The notes beneath the pieces were generated by a model. It made no database searches. It was given only the letters and a program-made list of their open reading frames with translations, and had not been told where the DNA came from. 64,000 nucleotides of DNA, taken from Oligoflexia bacterium. GTDB lineage: Bacteria > Bdellovibrionota_G > JALEGL01. Shown here one piece after another: positions 48,372 through 58,809 of the stretch (positions are counted from its first letter, which is position 1; every line of letters begins with the position of its first letter). The position numbers were made by a program, and so were the translations under genes. Location of the stretch: assembly GCA_035326705.1 (NCBI GenBank), contig DAOLES010000004.1, positions 192,232-256,231 on the forward strand, read 5' to 3'.

Positions 48372-48953
48372 GTGGATGATTCTTGGGAACTTAGGTATAA
48401 TGATCTTTCAATGAATATAAAATTGAAAATAGTTCAACTAGGCCTTATTTTTTTTGTAGCAGTGGTGCATGCCCAAGATTACTGTGAGCCACCTGTGCGC
48501 GGTGTTTATGAATCTGGACCTGATTTAAAAGATATTTTTTCTTTTCAAGCCAGCGAGGTTCCTGTGTTTGTAGAAGATGATTTTTTATTGGAACCAGGAA
48601 AACAGGCGGGGCAGTTTTTTTTAAAGACAAGTGTGGAAGATATAAAAGCCAAGTTGCCTTTGGGAGAAGGAAAAAATAAAGCCAACCCCATCAATCAACA
48701 AAATAATGTTTATTATGAAAGCTATGCAGAGGGTTTAGGGTTTTATTTTAAGCAAGACAACTTGGTTTTGATTGAAGTGAACAATGTGGATTATAAAACA
48801 CGTGATAGCTTGGCTATTGGAGCAAGTGAAAAAAAATTACAAGACATCAAAGACTGTCAGGTCAGTAAAAACCAATACCAATGCGATGGCATTAACTTTA
48901 TTTTATTAGATGAAGTCATAAAAACAATTCACATTTTTGTGAAAAACGATTAA
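48372..48953 (+). CDS. Secreted hypothetical protein
   Basis: Hydrophobic N-terminus; conserved Cys; no domain recognised. Confidence 0.35.
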   Translation: MDDSWELRYNDLSMNIKLKIVQLGLIFFVAVVHAQDYCEPPVRGVYESGPDLKDIFSFQASEVPVFVEDDFLLEPGKQAGQFFLKTSVEDIKAKLPLGEGKNKANPINQQNNVYYESYAEGLGFYFKQDNLVLIEVNNVDYKTRDSLAIGASEKKLQDIKDCQVSKNQYQCDGINFILLDEVIKTIHIFVKND

Positions 48954-48962
48954 CCTTGCAGC

Positions 48963-49397
48963 ATGCAATTAACAACACCCTATGTATTTAATGAAGAATC
49001 ATCCCAAATGTGCTCTGGGCAAATTTCACCGCAAGATGTTCCAGTCTTAAAACAAGAAGGTTTTGCGCATGTGATTAATTTAAGAGGGCAAGATGAAATG
49101 CCTTCACCGCTTGAAGAAAAAACATGGTTTGCTGACACAGGTATACAATACCATCATTTGAATATTGCCAGTGCCAATGATTTATCCAAAAGCAATGTTG
49201 AGGCTTTTAGTCAAATGCTTGCAAATATTGGTTCTGAAAAAACATTGGTTCATTGTGGAAGCTCCAATCGTGTTGGAGCCATGTATGCCCTAAAAGCCTA
49301 CTGGTTAGATGGCAAAAATAAAGAAGAAAGTATAGCTATTGGTGAGCAAGCTGGATTGACCAGTTTAAAAGAGACCGTTCTTGCCTTAATGGCTTAA
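48963..49397 (+). CDS. DUF442/TIGR01244-type phosphatase-like protein
   Basis: 'LVHCGSSNRVGAMYAL' resembles the 'HCrsGtRS' P-loop of the DUF442 family. Confidence 0.45.
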   Translation: MQLTTPYVFNEESSQMCSGQISPQDVPVLKQEGFAHVINLRGQDEMPSPLEEKTWFADTGIQYHHLNIASANDLSKSNVEAFSQMLANIGSEKTLVHCGSSNRVGAMYALKAYWLDGKNKEESIAIGEQAGLTSLKETVLALMA

Positions 49398-49421
49398 GAA
49401 TTACTTGAGCTTAAAACCACT

Positions 49422-50780
49422 TTATGGATTGTTTAAAATACTAGGTTTAAAACAAGCCATGAGTGTTTTTCGAATATAGTACAAGGCAGCAAGACCTGCA
49501 AAAATGTTGGCAAGACCGGCAGCATAATAAATGCCACTGAGTTTAAAAAAATAACTTAAAACAAAGGCTAAGGGAATATACAAGATCAGCGTTCTTAAAA
49601 TGGTAATCCACAAGGCAAGTTTTGGTTTTCCCATTGAAATTAGAGAAGAATTGGTGTTGGCCAGAAAACTCAAAAAAACATAGCTTAGGGCAACTGACTG
49701 CATATAAATGGTTGCACTACGGATAACCTCGGGATTGTTACTAAAAAGCTGACTAACATTTTGGGCAAAAATCACGCAGATTAAACCCATAATCAATAAA
49801 ATTACAGTTGAGCTTTTATTGGCAAAAGCAATGCCTTGTTTTAAACGATCATTAAGGTGAGCACCAAAATTTTGTCCAGCATAAGGGCCAAGACCAGCGG
49901 CTATACCCATCAAAGGAATGGTGACAAAGGACTCTACTTTTGAAGCCACTCCAAAACCGGCAATGGCCTCAGGACCGTATTGGGCAATCATTTTGGTGAT
50001 GATGGCAATAGAAATAGGGCCAATCATATTATTTAAGGCTGCAGGAATGCCCAAGCGTATGAGATCACGTATGTGTTGCAAACTTTCTTGTATGTTTTTA
50101 AACGGACGAACCAAAAGCTTTTCTCGATAATGTAAAACCAAAAGTCCGGCTATAAGGGTAAAAACTCTAGAGATAACGGTTGCGTACGCTGCGCCCTTAA
50201 TGCCAAAAGCTGGAAAACCAAAGTAGCCAAAAATTAAAATAGGATCAAAAATAGCATTGACGCCAGCGGCAACCAACATAACAATGGCTGGAAACAAAGT
50301 GTCTCCCAAGCCTCTAATGGCACCATTGCCCATCATGGGGATTAACAAAAATATAATGCTGTAGTACCAGATTTGCATATAGTCTTTAATTAAGGGCATT
50401 AAGTGGTCTTTGGCGCCAAGGCTTTGAAAAACCCAATCTAGGCTTAATTGACCAAAGAGTGAAATAAACAATACAATGACCAAAGCAAAACACAGACAAT
50501 CAGAAACAGTTTGTTTGATTTTTTGACTTCTTTGTTCACCCATCAGACGTGAAATCATGCTGGTCATGGCCATGGTCATGCCAAAAGAAATGCTACCCAC
50601 CAACATCACTACAGGAAACGTAAAGCTGATAGCAGCTAATGCATCTGTTCCTAAACGACCAATAAAATAGGTGTCTATCAAATTAAAGACCATGATTGAA
50701 AAAACACCCACCATCATGGGTAAAGCCAGTTTAATGATGTGAGCTGCAACAGGCCCTTGTGTTAAATTTTTACGTTTCAT
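49422..50780 (-). CDS. MATE family efflux transporter
   Basis: 12 TM segments; N-terminal 'GPVAAHIIKLALPMMVGVFSIMVFNLIDTYFIGRLG' MATE signature region. Confidence 0.85.
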   Translation of the reverse strand: MKRKNLTQGPVAAHIIKLALPMMVGVFSIMVFNLIDTYFIGRLGTDALAAISFTFPVVMLVGSISFGMTMAMTSMISRLMGEQRSQKIKQTVSDCLCFALVIVLFISLFGQLSLDWVFQSLGAKDHLMPLIKDYMQIWYYSIIFLLIPMMGNGAIRGLGDTLFPAIVMLVAAGVNAIFDPILIFGYFGFPAFGIKGAAYATVISRVFTLIAGLLVLHYREKLLVRPFKNIQESLQHIRDLIRLGIPAALNNMIGPISIAIITKMIAQYGPEAIAGFGVASKVESFVTIPLMGIAAGLGPYAGQNFGAHLNDRLKQGIAFANKSSTVILLIMGLICVIFAQNVSQLFSNNPEVIRSATIYMQSVALSYVFLSFLANTNSSLISMGKPKLALWITILRTLILYIPLAFVLSYFFKLSGIYYAAGLANIFAGLAALYYIRKTLMACFKPSILNNP

Positions 50781-50837
50781 AAAGAATCCGTTAAGTTAGC
50801 ATTGTGTGTATGTGGTGGTAAAGGTATATTTGTTTTA

Positions 50838-51185
50838 ATGAATACAGGGGTTAAAAAAAGCTCTCTTGAGCAAGGACAATTTTTTAAAAAAGTTTATTTG
50901 CAAGTAAAAAAAATACCTTATGGTCAAGTATCAACCTATGGAGAAATTGCCAAACAAATAGGCTTTAAACATTATGCAAGGCATGTTGGCTATGCGCTCA
51001 ATGCAGTTAAAAAAGAAGATGGTGTGCCCTGGCATAGAGTTGTCAACGCACATGGTAAAATTAGTCTCAGAAAAGAAGGTTTAGCAAACTTTTTACAAAA
51101 AGAATTGCTAAAACAAGAGGGCGTTGTGTTTGATGATTCCGGTAAAATTAATTTAAACCTATACAGGTGGCGTCCTCAAATTTAG
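50838..51185 (+). CDS. Alkyltransferase-like (ATL) protein: MGMT-family DNA-binding domain lacking the acceptor cysteine
   Basis: 'YGQVSTYGEIAKQIG' HTH and 'VPWHRVVNAHGKIS' in place of the canonical 'PCHRVV'. Confidence 0.6.
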   Translation: MNTGVKKSSLEQGQFFKKVYLQVKKIPYGQVSTYGEIAKQIGFKHYARHVGYALNAVKKEDGVPWHRVVNAHGKISLRKEGLANFLQKELLKQEGVVFDDSGKINLNLYRWRPQI

Positions 51186-51190
51186 CTTTG

Positions 51191-52648
51191 CTACTCTTTT
51201 TCCCAAGTTAAACTGTTTTGATTCCATTTAAATATGCGTAAAGGATCTGTGGTTGTAGACAGTTCAAGGCTACTGGCGTTTTTACCGGAGTAAAAATAAT
51301 TTGAATTGCTGTAAACAATGCTGAGTAAATCGCCATTGCGTAATGTTTTTAAAACTTTAACCAGCTGATTCAAATTATTTACGGCAATACCATTGATTTG
51401 TGAAATAAAAATAGCACGCTCATTGGTTCGCTCACCATCTTCTTTTAGACGCCCTGATAGAACATCAAATGTACTGCCAACATCGGCCGAATTTAAAAAT
51501 ACACCACTTAAGTCACAATTGTAATAAAAACATATGCTAGGGGTAACCTGGTGAAAAACGGCACCTGCATATTTTACAAAACGTTTAGGAAGATGTTTAT
51601 GCGCATCCTCCACATTGAGAGAGACTTCAAAAAAATGTGAAGGCTTTTTATTTTGTCTATAAACACGCAGGTTAATTTTTTTTCCTACATTTTGATTTAC
51701 CAGCTTATCAAATTCATACAAAGAGTAGCCTATGGGAAGGTATTGTTTTTGATTGTGACCTTTGATGCCCACAATGATGTCTCCTACAGACAGTTTTTTT
51801 GAAGTTTCGCTGTTGCTGATGAGTTTGGAGATTTGCAAGACATAGTGTAAGTCTTTGTTTTCTTTTAAACCAGCTTGAATGTATTTTTCCGGCAAGCCCC
51901 AAGTTTCAATAGCTGTTGAGGCGCGTAAAGTTTCTAGATGCATCAATAGATCACCGCGCTGGGGTTGTTTTTTCTGTTGCAGTAAGGCAAGCGCATCTTG
52001 GACATAATCAATTCTTAATTCATAGCTTTCATCATTTTTCCCACTGGAATGCAAACCAACAACTTCACCGTTTTTATTCCACAAAGGTGAGCCACTGGCT
52101 CCGCCAGCTCTGGGCAAAGATAAATGCAGGTGGTGACTGTACCTTGAGCTATTGGTAACCGCAAAGCTAACAAAGGGTTTGTTAACATTGCCATATTTTA
52201 TGGAATAATCTGAACCAGAAGAATGCCCAATCATCATCAGTTTTTCTCCTGGTTTAACACTTGTGTGTTGCCCTAAAACAACTTCTTCCAATTCAAATGT
52301 AATATTTGCATGTTTAGGATCAAACTGAATAAAAGCAAAGTCATGCCATGGATCAACATAAAGAACCTTGCCAGGAACTGAGCGGTTGTTAAAAAAATAA
52401 ATTCTCAATTGTGTCAGAGGGCTGATGCTGGTTACATGTCGGTTGGTAGCAATAATGCCTCTTTTTTTATCAACAATAAAACCTGTGGCTGTTCCGCTGT
52501 ATGGAAAATCATTGTCCAAGCCTATGCTGTTGGCTACATACAGTTTTACAACTGTAGGGCGCATTTTTTGTTCAAGCTCTTGCCAAGCTTGATTTTGAGC
52601 AAGAACTAAGGATGTAAAAAATATGTAAGCTACAATCAATTTTTGCAT
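51191..52648 (-). CDS. Trypsin-like serine protease (HtrA/Do-like)
   Basis: Signal peptide. Catalytic triad context 'ATNRHV', 'D', 'GGASGSPLWN'. The C-terminal half is compatible with a PDZ-type domain. Confidence 0.65.
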   Translation of the reverse strand: MQKLIVAYIFFTSLVLAQNQAWQELEQKMRPTVVKLYVANSIGLDNDFPYSGTATGFIVDKKRGIIATNRHVTSISPLTQLRIYFFNNRSVPGKVLYVDPWHDFAFIQFDPKHANITFELEEVVLGQHTSVKPGEKLMMIGHSSGSDYSIKYGNVNKPFVSFAVTNSSRYSHHLHLSLPRAGGASGSPLWNKNGEVVGLHSSGKNDESYELRIDYVQDALALLQQKKQPQRGDLLMHLETLRASTAIETWGLPEKYIQAGLKENKDLHYVLQISKLISNSETSKKLSVGDIIVGIKGHNQKQYLPIGYSLYEFDKLVNQNVGKKINLRVYRQNKKPSHFFEVSLNVEDAHKHLPKRFVKYAGAVFHQVTPSICFYYNCDLSGVFLNSADVGSTFDVLSGRLKEDGERTNERAIFISQINGIAVNNLNQLVKVLKTLRNGDLLSIVYSNSNYFYSGKNASSLELSTTTDPLRIFKWNQNSLTWEKE

Positions 52649-52767
52649 AGCATTTGCTTGTAATTTAAAAAAGATAGTTTGGCAAATGTATGAATCTACT
52701 CTCAATGAGAGCTTTATTTTTTTAAACCTTTATACAATCTTAATATTTTTTTGCTACTTGTACGACA

Positions 52768-53475
52768 ATGAATGATTTGCATACTATACTCAGCTCTTCT
52801 GCTAATGTAAGTACGGAGTTTGTAACATTTAATTTTTTAATTATCACAATATCCAGTTTATTATCAGCCGTTAATCCTCTTGGGGCATCCATGTTTTTTA
52901 TTTCTCATCCCAGCGTTTTATCTTCTAGAGTGATGCAAAAAAAAATGGCAAAAAAAACAGGGCTCAGTGTTTTTTTGATTTTGTTACTGTTTTCTTTAGG
53001 AGGAGAACTGGTTTTTAAGTTGATGGGGATCACATTGAATGCCTTTCAGATTGCTGGAGGTATTTTTGTTTTTGGTGTTGCTTTGGACATGCTTAAGGGA
53101 AAACATGTAAGAACAAAAACACTGCCTGAAGAACAAGCAGATGCTCTTGAAGAAGAGGATATTTCTATTATTCCATTGGCCATGCCACTCTTGGCTGGAC
53201 CAGCGTCTATTACTATGGTGATTGTTTTAAAGGCAAAGGCTTACAATGTATATGAAGTTGCAGCGGTATATGGATCTATTTTATTTGTTAGTTTGTTAAC
53301 TTATTTTGCGTTAAGGTATTCACATGTATTGCTAAGGAAAATAAAGCCATCAGGGATAAGAATTGTTAATAGAGTGATGGGACTTTTGATTGCAGCCATT
53401 GCTGTACAGTTGGTTTTGGATGGTGTGATTAAAGCGTTTCCGGGTACAAAAACTATTTTGAGTTCTACTCAGTAA
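52768..53475 (+). CDS. MarC/UPF0056 family integral membrane protein
   Basis: MarC-family topology, with the 'AVNPLGAS' N-terminal motif. Confidence 0.75.
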   Translation: MNDLHTILSSSANVSTEFVTFNFLIITISSLLSAVNPLGASMFFISHPSVLSSRVMQKKMAKKTGLSVFLILLLFSLGGELVFKLMGITLNAFQIAGGIFVFGVALDMLKGKHVRTKTLPEEQADALEEEDISIIPLAMPLLAGPASITMVIVLKAKAYNVYEVAAVYGSILFVSLLTYFALRYSHVLLRKIKPSGIRIVNRVMGLLIAAIAVQLVLDGVIKAFPGTKTILSSTQ

Positions 53476-53507
53476 CATTGTGTTTGAGTTAAAAAGTATT
53501 TAAAAGT

Positions 53508-53541
53508 AAAAAGCAGTGAGGTAAATCACCTCACTGCTTTT
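53508..53541. terminator. Bidirectional terminator between convergent genes
   Basis: AAAAGCAGTGAGG-taaatca-CCTCACTGCTTTT. Confidence 0.75.
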
Positions 53542-53557
53542 ATTGATTGAATAGAAA

Positions 53558-54160
53558 TTATTTTTGAGTTTTTAAAACGATATCAAGTACAATTTCATCT
53601 TTAATCAACTTGTCTCCAAGTTTTTTAACAGAAAAAAAGCTTCCTGAATTGTATTTAACATCAAACTCAGCTCTGTTAAAGGTAACATCTTCAGCTTTGG
53701 CAACAGTAACACCATCTTCTTGCATCACATCAGCATCAAAGCTAATAGGTTTGGTTTTATCTCTGATGGTCAAATCACCGGTAATAGAATGTGTGCCATC
53801 TTTTTTTGCTTTTACATCAGTAATGACAAATTTTGCTGTAGGATGTTTTTCAGCAGCAAAAAAATCATCTGATTTAAGGTGGTCAACCAATTTTTTATTG
53901 TATTTTGTGTCTTCAACATCAGTATTAACAATGCTAGACATATCAATAACAAACGATCCACCAGTTAATTTATTTTTTTTCATTTCAAGAGAACCTTCAC
54001 TGATGGCAATGGTTCCAACGTGGGTATCACCTGTGATTTTTTCTCCTGTCCAAGAAATGGTGCTTGCATCTTTATCAACAGCAACAGTTTGCACTTTTTT
54101 TGCGGCAAATGCTGCCGGGACTAAAGCCAAGCTTAATAAAGTTAAAAATATTTTTTTCAC
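53558..54160 (-). CDS. YceI-family periplasmic protein
   Basis: Signal peptide plus the YceI-like domain pattern ('TISWTGEKITGDTHVGTI'). Confidence 0.75.
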   Translation of the reverse strand: MKKIFLTLLSLALVPAAFAAKKVQTVAVDKDASTISWTGEKITGDTHVGTIAISEGSLEMKKNKLTGGSFVIDMSSIVNTDVEDTKYNKKLVDHLKSDDFFAAEKHPTAKFVITDVKAKKDGTHSITGDLTIRDKTKPISFDADVMQEDGVTVAKAEDVTFNRAEFDVKYNSGSFFSVKKLGDKLIKDEIVLDIVLKTQK

Positions 54161-54271
54161 AAAAACTCCTTTGCTAAAATGTGATCAATAATTGCTGTAG
54201 TTTAAGCACATAAAATAAATTAGCAAGGTCTTATGTAAAAAATATATTTATATTTTTAAACGCTATTGTAA

Positions 54272-55075
54272 TCATGAATCAAAACGGTAAACCCAAGAAT
54301 GACTTTTTCCTAAATGGTTAAAATTCAGTTTATTTAAAGCAATAGCACTCTTAGGAGAAGATTCACTGACAACAAACGCTGCCCCATGCTGATGCGCGAA
54401 TTGCATTCTTGCCATTAAATTGGCTTTGTATAGGCCTTTTTGTCTGAACTTTTCTAAAGTGCCACCGCCAAACAAAAAGCCAATTTTGTTGTATAGCTTT
54501 ACCCAACCCACAGCAGCTGGTTGCTTGTTCAGATAGCTAATATAAACGCTAACCAAGTTTTTTGAATCAGCCAGTTCATGTTTTAAACCATTGTTCAAAT
54601 ACTCACTTAAAGTTTCTGAAGGGGGCCCAAAAATTTGTTCTAACAAGGAAAGTAAAAGCTTAAAATCTTGCTCGGACTCAACTTTTTTATTGTTGATATG
54701 CTGAGAATAAGCAATGGAAGCATCTGCTTTAGAATAAAAAAAATCTAAAATACGAGGGGGTTTAAAGTTTAAGTCAGTAAGAAGTTCAGGTGAAAAATCA
54801 AGTTCAGGTATGGGAAAAAGTCTTAATTCAAAAGCTTTTCTTTGTCTTTTTTGTGCCAAATCAATTTCATCTTTAACCAGGTGCATAAAATCTATACGTG
54901 AGCAGGCTTTTTTTAAATGCAAAGCATAATAAAAGGCAGCATCTCCCGGCCCAATATAGCGATCAAAGTATTCAGTGCTTTCTACGTGCATGTTTTTATC
55001 TGGCATAGGGGAATGTTGTGCAAACATATTTAAAAGTTCTGTTTCAAACGGTTTGGATTTTTTTTGCATGATCAA
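54272..55075 (-). CDS. Hypothetical protein with a C-terminal GNAT-like acetyltransferase fold
   Basis: 'GFLFGGGTLEKFRQKGLYKANLMARMQFAHQHGAAFVVSE' resembles a GNAT acetyl-CoA binding motif. Confidence 0.35.
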   Translation of the reverse strand: MIMQKKSKPFETELLNMFAQHSPMPDKNMHVESTEYFDRYIGPGDAAFYYALHLKKACSRIDFMHLVKDEIDLAQKRQRKAFELRLFPIPELDFSPELLTDLNFKPPRILDFFYSKADASIAYSQHINNKKVESEQDFKLLLSLLEQIFGPPSETLSEYLNNGLKHELADSKNLVSVYISYLNKQPAAVGWVKLYNKIGFLFGGGTLEKFRQKGLYKANLMARMQFAHQHGAAFVVSESSPKSAIALNKLNFNHLGKSHSWVYRFDS

Positions 55076-55078
55076 AGC

Positions 55079-55396
55079 TTACTTTCTTTTGCTGAGCTTT
55101 TTGCCTATTTTGGTCATGGATTGAAAAATGGGTACCAAGTCTTTGCCTACAGGGCCCAAGCTGTATTTAACTTTGGGTGGTTTACAAGGAAGGACAGTGC
55201 GTTTAATAATTAATTCTGCTTCAAATTCTTTAAGTCTTGTGGCCAATACTTTTGCTGAAATGTTGTTTAAAACATTTTTGAGTTCGCCATAAAATAAAGG
55301 ACCATTGCTAAGGTGATAAATAATCTCTAAAGCCCATGCTCTTGAGATTATTTTTGAGCAGGTGCGAATAGGGCAAATTTCTTTTGAAGAATTCAT
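55079..55396 (-). CDS. HxlR-family transcriptional regulator
   Basis: 'CPIRTCSKIISRAWALEIIYHLSNGPLFYGEL' HxlR wHTH. Confidence 0.8.
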   Translation of the reverse strand: MNSSKEICPIRTCSKIISRAWALEIIYHLSNGPLFYGELKNVLNNISAKVLATRLKEFEAELIIKRTVLPCKPPKVKYSLGPVGKDLVPIFQSMTKIGKKLSKRK

Positions 55397-55491
55397 GGTT
55401 ACTTTTAATCAGATACTTACTAAAAGTTATCTTATGTGTTATAAGTTTGTCAATTGAATCTGTTTTTGTATTGAATTTTTAATAAGTAATT

Positions 55492-56091
55492 GTGAAAATT
55501 CTCAATGAAAGGGTGCGTATGAGTCAAAGAAAAAGTCATAGTAGAAAATTAAAAAAACAATTTATTACGCGTTGGTCCCCCCGGTCGTTTATGCACAAGG
55601 ATGTTGAAATTGCTGATTTAGAAGCATTATTTGAAGCTGCACGATGGGCACCTTCATGTTTTAATGAACAACCGTGGATGTTTGTTTATGCAAAAAAACA
55701 AGATGATTTAAAACGCATGCAATCTATTTTGGTGGATAGCAATCAGGTTTGGGCCAATCATGCACCGGTATTGATTGCTGTATTTGCCAGAAGAAATTTT
55801 AACTCAACCGGGCAAGAAAATGAGTGGGCAGCTTATGACACGGGAGCAGCGTGGATGTCATTGTGTTTACAAGCGCATGCTATGGGTATGATTTGTCACG
55901 CTATGGGTGGTTTTAAAGCCAATGAGATTTATGATGTGCTTAATGTTGATCAGGAAAAGTATCAGGCGATATGCGTTGTTGCGGTTGGTTATCAGGGAGA
56001 AAAAGAGAACTTGCCAGAAAATTTAAGAGAAAAAGAAGGGCCAAGCCAACGCCAACCAGTAGAAGCCTTTACATTTGAAGGTAAGTTTTAA
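55492..56091 (+). CDS. Nitroreductase-family protein (divergent from hxlR)
   Basis: 'RWSPRSF' and 'RWAPSCFNEQPW' nitroreductase motifs. Confidence 0.8.
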   Translation: MKILNERVRMSQRKSHSRKLKKQFITRWSPRSFMHKDVEIADLEALFEAARWAPSCFNEQPWMFVYAKKQDDLKRMQSILVDSNQVWANHAPVLIAVFARRNFNSTGQENEWAAYDTGAAWMSLCLQAHAMGMICHAMGGFKANEIYDVLNVDQEKYQAICVVAVGYQGEKENLPENLREKEGPSQRQPVEAFTFEGKF

Positions 56092-56204
56092 CTTTGTACA
56101 ATAATATATGAACTAAAAAACTCTATACATGCAGTGAAAACAGTATAATAGCGGTTTTATGCTTAAGATTTGGATAAAGTAAAACATCGTAGTATGTAAT
56201 TTTA

Positions 56205-56789
56205 ATGGATATTTTGTTGGATAATTTAAATGGCTTAGATTACGTAACACCCATATTAATCTTTTTTGCCCGTTTATTGGATATGACCTTGGATACGGTT
56301 AGGGTGATTTATGTAACACGTGGAGAAAAGTACACAGCTGCAATTTTAGGCTTTTTTCAGACCTTGATTTGGGTTTTTGCTATATCACAGGTGATCGCAA
56401 ATTTAGGCGGCTTACTCAATGCTTTTGCGTATGCGGCGGGATTTTCAGCGGGCACATTTGTTGGGATTTTTGTAGAAGGAAAATTGGCTTTAGGTAAAGT
56501 GATGTTAAGGTTGGTTACAAGAAAAAATTCTGATGACCTGCTAAGTGTTTTAGAGGAAGCTGGTTATGGCTATACTGTATCTAAGGGTCACGGGCATCGC
56601 GGAGAAGTCAGTATTATTTATATTGTTGTGGTCAAAAAGCTTTTAAAAAAATGTATGGATTTGATTCGTCAAAATCATCCGCGAGCGTTTATTTCTGTGA
56701 GTGATGTAAAGGAAGCTCAGGAGGATATTATGCCGCCGTATAAAAAGTATTCTACAGGTTTTTCCTGGATGCAAATGTGGAAACGTTAG
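56205..56789 (+). CDS. UPF0316/DUF2179-type membrane protein
   Basis: Three TM helices, then a DUF2179-like C-terminal domain ('GYGYTVSKGHGHRGEVSIIYIVV'). Confidence 0.45.
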   Translation: MDILLDNLNGLDYVTPILIFFARLLDMTLDTVRVIYVTRGEKYTAAILGFFQTLIWVFAISQVIANLGGLLNAFAYAAGFSAGTFVGIFVEGKLALGKVMLRLVTRKNSDDLLSVLEEAGYGYTVSKGHGHRGEVSIIYIVVVKKLLKKCMDLIRQNHPRAFISVSDVKEAQEDIMPPYKKYSTGFSWMQMWKR

Positions 56790-56919
56790 ACTCACATCTG
56801 CCCAGCTTTTGCAATTAAAAATGTTTTTTAAAATGTAAAAAAAATAAAAAATAAAAAGACAAATAGAATAAATAAGGCAGAATATTACATCAGCGCATGG
56901 TGCGCACGGAGGATATTTT

Positions 56920-57375
56920 ATGAAAAAAATAATGTTTTTGGCTTTAATGTTTGTTGTATCAAGTGCATTTGCTCAAACACAAATCACAGCAAAATCAGGT
57001 AATGTTAATATTAGAAACATACCAAGCACAAAAGATACGGCAACAGAAAAAACCAGAGTTGTTGGAACCATCAATGATAAAGAAACCTACACGGTTGAAG
57101 ATCGTCAAGAGGTATCAGGTAAAACTTGGTATAAAATCAACGAAGGTTGGGTTGCTGGTTGGTTGGTCAGTGAAGTAAAAGACTTGTCCATTCACGGTGA
57201 TGGTAGTTCTTCAAGCGATGATTCATCCTATGATGATAGTTCAAGTTCAGACAGCGCTACAGATACAATGGATTCATCAGCGTCTTCAGATGACAGTGTT
57301 TATGATGAGACGGGTACTGGTGATGATGACAGTGGTATTGATGATGTTGCTGGTGATGACGAAGGCAACGAATAA
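56920..57375 (+). CDS. Secreted SH3b-domain protein with an Asp/Ser-rich acidic tail
   Basis: Signal peptide; 'GNVNIRNIPSTKD...WYKINEGWVAGWLV' SH3b-like; a 50-aa D/S-rich tail. Confidence 0.5.
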   Translation: MKKIMFLALMFVVSSAFAQTQITAKSGNVNIRNIPSTKDTATEKTRVVGTINDKETYTVEDRQEVSGKTWYKINEGWVAGWLVSEVKDLSIHGDGSSSSDDSSYDDSSSSDSATDTMDSSASSDDSVYDETGTGDDDSGIDDVAGDDEGNE

Positions 57376-57426
57376 AAAATTAATTTAAGCTAAAAACAAA
57401 TTAAATTATATGCTTTAAATAAAACG

Positions 57427-57501
57427 CAGTTTGTTTTTATGAATGATATTGACGCAGAGCAAATAGTCAGTCACTGTCAGGTTCTATAAAAACAAACTGC
57501 A
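57427..57501. terminator. 15-bp inverted repeat (GCAGTTTGTTTTTAT ... ATAAAAACAAACTGC) with a 45-nt spacer between convergent genes
   Basis: The arms are perfect reverse complements; possible bidirectional terminator or regulatory element. Confidence 0.4.
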
Positions 57502-57554
57502 ATTGAGTTCTTAAAAACAACAATCAAAAAATTTTAGGTAATTGCCTGTAAACC

Positions 57555-58127
57555 CTATTTATTAAGGTTTAGAGGTGTTTTTTCCGGTTTGAATTCACCA
57601 TCAATCTTTTGCCAACTTGAATATGAAAAACCAATGACATCACCGTCTTTTAACTTGTAGGTACCTACGCCTTCAGGAGACAGTTTCCATTGATTGTTGT
57701 CTAAGTAAAAGAAAGCCCAGTCATGTGCTTTGCCATTGATCTTTTTTCTGGTGATGTTGTTAAGGGATAAAATGAGCACTTGAGGTTCTTTGTAGCCGGG
57801 GTGGTATTGTCGGTCAATGTGGGCTTTTTGTAAAACATCATAAGCCGTGACAATGTTTTGATTAAAAATGGGATCTTGATTAAACGATACAATTTCAAAA
57901 AATGGCGTGCCGTGTTCATGCGGGTCTATGATTAAGGCCACTTGGGTTCCCGGTTCATCTTTAGATTTAGAAAATTGTTGAATAAACTTAGGGATGACAA
58001 TAGCAACAGACTCAGCTTCACTTAAAGTTGGTTTTTTAGCAAACAAGTCTTTGATTTGATCACAACCAGATAAAAACAAGCCTAAAAGCAAAAGGATAAT
58101 GAAAGGTTTAAAAGTTAATTTTTTCAT
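57555..58127 (-). CDS. Lipoprotein, paralog A of a tandem pair
   Basis: Lipobox 'LFLSGCDQ'. Shares 'VA..IDP.....P..I..F', 'A...L..A.....YHPGY', 'W.F......W', 'GD.IG.S' with 58251..58808. Confidence 0.45.
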   Translation of the reverse strand: MKKLTFKPFIILLLLGLFLSGCDQIKDLFAKKPTLSEAESVAIVIPKFIQQFSKSKDEPGTQVALIIDPHEHGTPFFEIVSFNQDPIFNQNIVTAYDVLQKAHIDRQYHPGYKEPQVLILSLNNITRKKINGKAHDWAFFYLDNNQWKLSPEGVGTYKLKDGDVIGFSYSSWQKIDGEFKPEKTPLNLNK

Positions 58128-58250
58128 TCAGATACATCTAGCAAGATGGTTTTTATGCGTCAATAATTGTTAATGATACGTGCATTTAATAAAAAAGGCT
58201 GAAAACTAGCAATAAGTTTCAGCCTCTAACAATTGTTGTACAATTTTGAG

Positions 58251-58808
58251 CTATTGTTTTAAATCAACGGGTCTGTGTTTGGGTAAGTCTGACTCATCCA
58301 AACCTGTAAAAGAAAGACCAATAATAGAACCGTCTTCTAGTGGGCAATCACCTAAAGCAAAAAAGCAAGTGTCTGGTTTTCCATCCAGCTCACATTCAAA
58401 GGTATCGTTGTACCATTCTTGTTTTTCATTGTGCCACTGAGAAAAAGACCAGCCAACCGATTTCTGATTGCTGATGCCATTTAAACCGATTAAGAAAAAT
58501 CCTGTTTCTGGGTTATTGTAGCTTGGGTGGTACATGATTTGTAAACCTGTTTTTTCCAAAGCTTGATACGCAAAAAGTTTTTCAGAAGTTTTTCCAAAAT
58601 CAATGATTTGAATGCGATAAGGTTTGGATATAGGATCAATGACAATGGCCACTTGGATGCCCTCTTTTTCCTGAGCTGTTTGAAAGGCTTGCTTAAACTC
58701 TGAAACGTCATTAAAGGTTGCTTGTTGGGCATAGGTAATAAACAATGGGCTTAAAGCCAAGCTTAAAAAGAGTGTAATGAATGAAAAATTAGATTTAAGG
58801 TTTAACAT
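58251..58808 (-). CDS. Secreted protein, paralog B of the tandem pair
   Basis: Signal peptide 'FSFITLFLSLALSPLFITYAQ'; homologous blocks with paralog A; start trimmed to avoid overlapping the upstream gene. Confidence 0.45.
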   Translation of the reverse strand: MLNLKSNFSFITLFLSLALSPLFITYAQQATFNDVSEFKQAFQTAQEKEGIQVAIVIDPISKPYRIQIIDFGKTSEKLFAYQALEKTGLQIMYHPSYNNPETGFFLIGLNGISNQKSVGWSFSQWHNEKQEWYNDTFECELDGKPDTCFFALGDCPLEDGSIIGLSFTGLDESDLPKHRPVDLKQ

Positions 58809-58809
58809 G

